Shown one piece after another: positions 37,601 through 37,905 of a stretch of 37,905 nucleotides of DNA. How positions within the stretch are numbered: the stretch's first letter is position 1; each line of letters starts with the position of its first letter. Source of the DNA: Candidatus Ventricola gallistercoris (GTDB lineage: Bacteria > Bacillota > Clostridia > Christensenellales > Aristaeellaceae). The stretch covers positions 1-37,905 of the forward strand of contig DVJV01000091.1 of NCBI GenBank assembly GCA_018716525.1, in the 5' to 3' direction. Under the pieces are notes generated by a model, which made no database searches, was not told the origin of the DNA, and saw nothing but the letters and a program-made list of their open reading frames with translations. The position numbers and the translations under genes are program-made.

Positions 37601-37905
37601 CCCATCACCTCCTTCCGACGTTTATCAGTGTAGCGCTTTAATATGCAATTTCTTTGCAATTCTCAGAAGATTTTGCGAGAATCATGGATGATGGAGTTGA
37701 AGCAATCAGCACACATCTCCAAGGCGTATATGGCTTTTGATGTTGAATTGCTTACATAAAAAAGGCGCTCGCAACGTAACCGCTCAATAAACCTACGCCC
37801 TGACAACCTCCACGAATCGTGCGATACTGATCCATAGTACTTGAAAAACTGGAATCCAGAAAATCAAGCAAACTTGAAAAACTATGGAGAGAAGAACATG
37901 ACAAT

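Larger units (their letters stand above)
35378..37905. mobile_element. Left end of a tRNA-Ser-associated integrated element (int-xis-HTH module); remainder outside the window
   Basis: Tyrosine integrase 65 nt from the tRNA 3' end, an excisionase and an HTH gene in the same orientation, and an abrupt visible drop in GC from about 35380 onward. Confidence 0.75.

Overview
High-GC, Bacillota/Clostridia-style chromosomal segment (AGGAGG-type ribosome-binding sites, a T-box leader, a CIRCE operator, TTGACA/TATAAT promoters). It ends in the left edge of a visibly lower-GC integrated element at a tRNA-Ser gene. In order, the window holds: aconitase-family hydratase; a split ChrA chromate-transporter pair; an unknown minus-strand ORF; a secreted DUF3048 protein with a long repetitive Pro/Thr/Gly tail; a secreted unknown; a SWIM+SNF2 helicase; radC; a DUF218/YdcF protein; rsmG. 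Next comes a decaying minus-strand VTC / DUF4956 / Cthe_2159-like operon whose 5' end abuts the last 36 codons of a histidine kinase, which looks like a deletion scar. Then follow T-box-regulated leuS, DUF2200, cysK, a HAD-IB hydrolase and a NanA-like DapA-family lyase. The most unusual block is at 21.4-32.7 kb. A minus-strand operon (two phosphodiester-glycosidase paralogues plus a secreted unknown) sits back to back with a plus-strand operon: a 54-aa TM peptide, a GNAT, a Cof-type phosphatase and four consecutive, translationally coupled large polytopic GT-C-like membrane proteins. No sugar-donor or flippase genes are visible. I flag this as the best candidate for an undescribed envelope-glycan system, but only as a hypothesis. 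After it come CIRCE-htpG, a partial tandem duplication of a tRNA-Ser 5' half, an intact tRNA-Ser(CGA), and integrase / excisionase / HTH genes of a mobile element whose cargo lies beyond the window. Many long reverse-strand ORFs in the track are high-GC antisense artefacts. All calls rest on motif recognition by eye; no searches were run.
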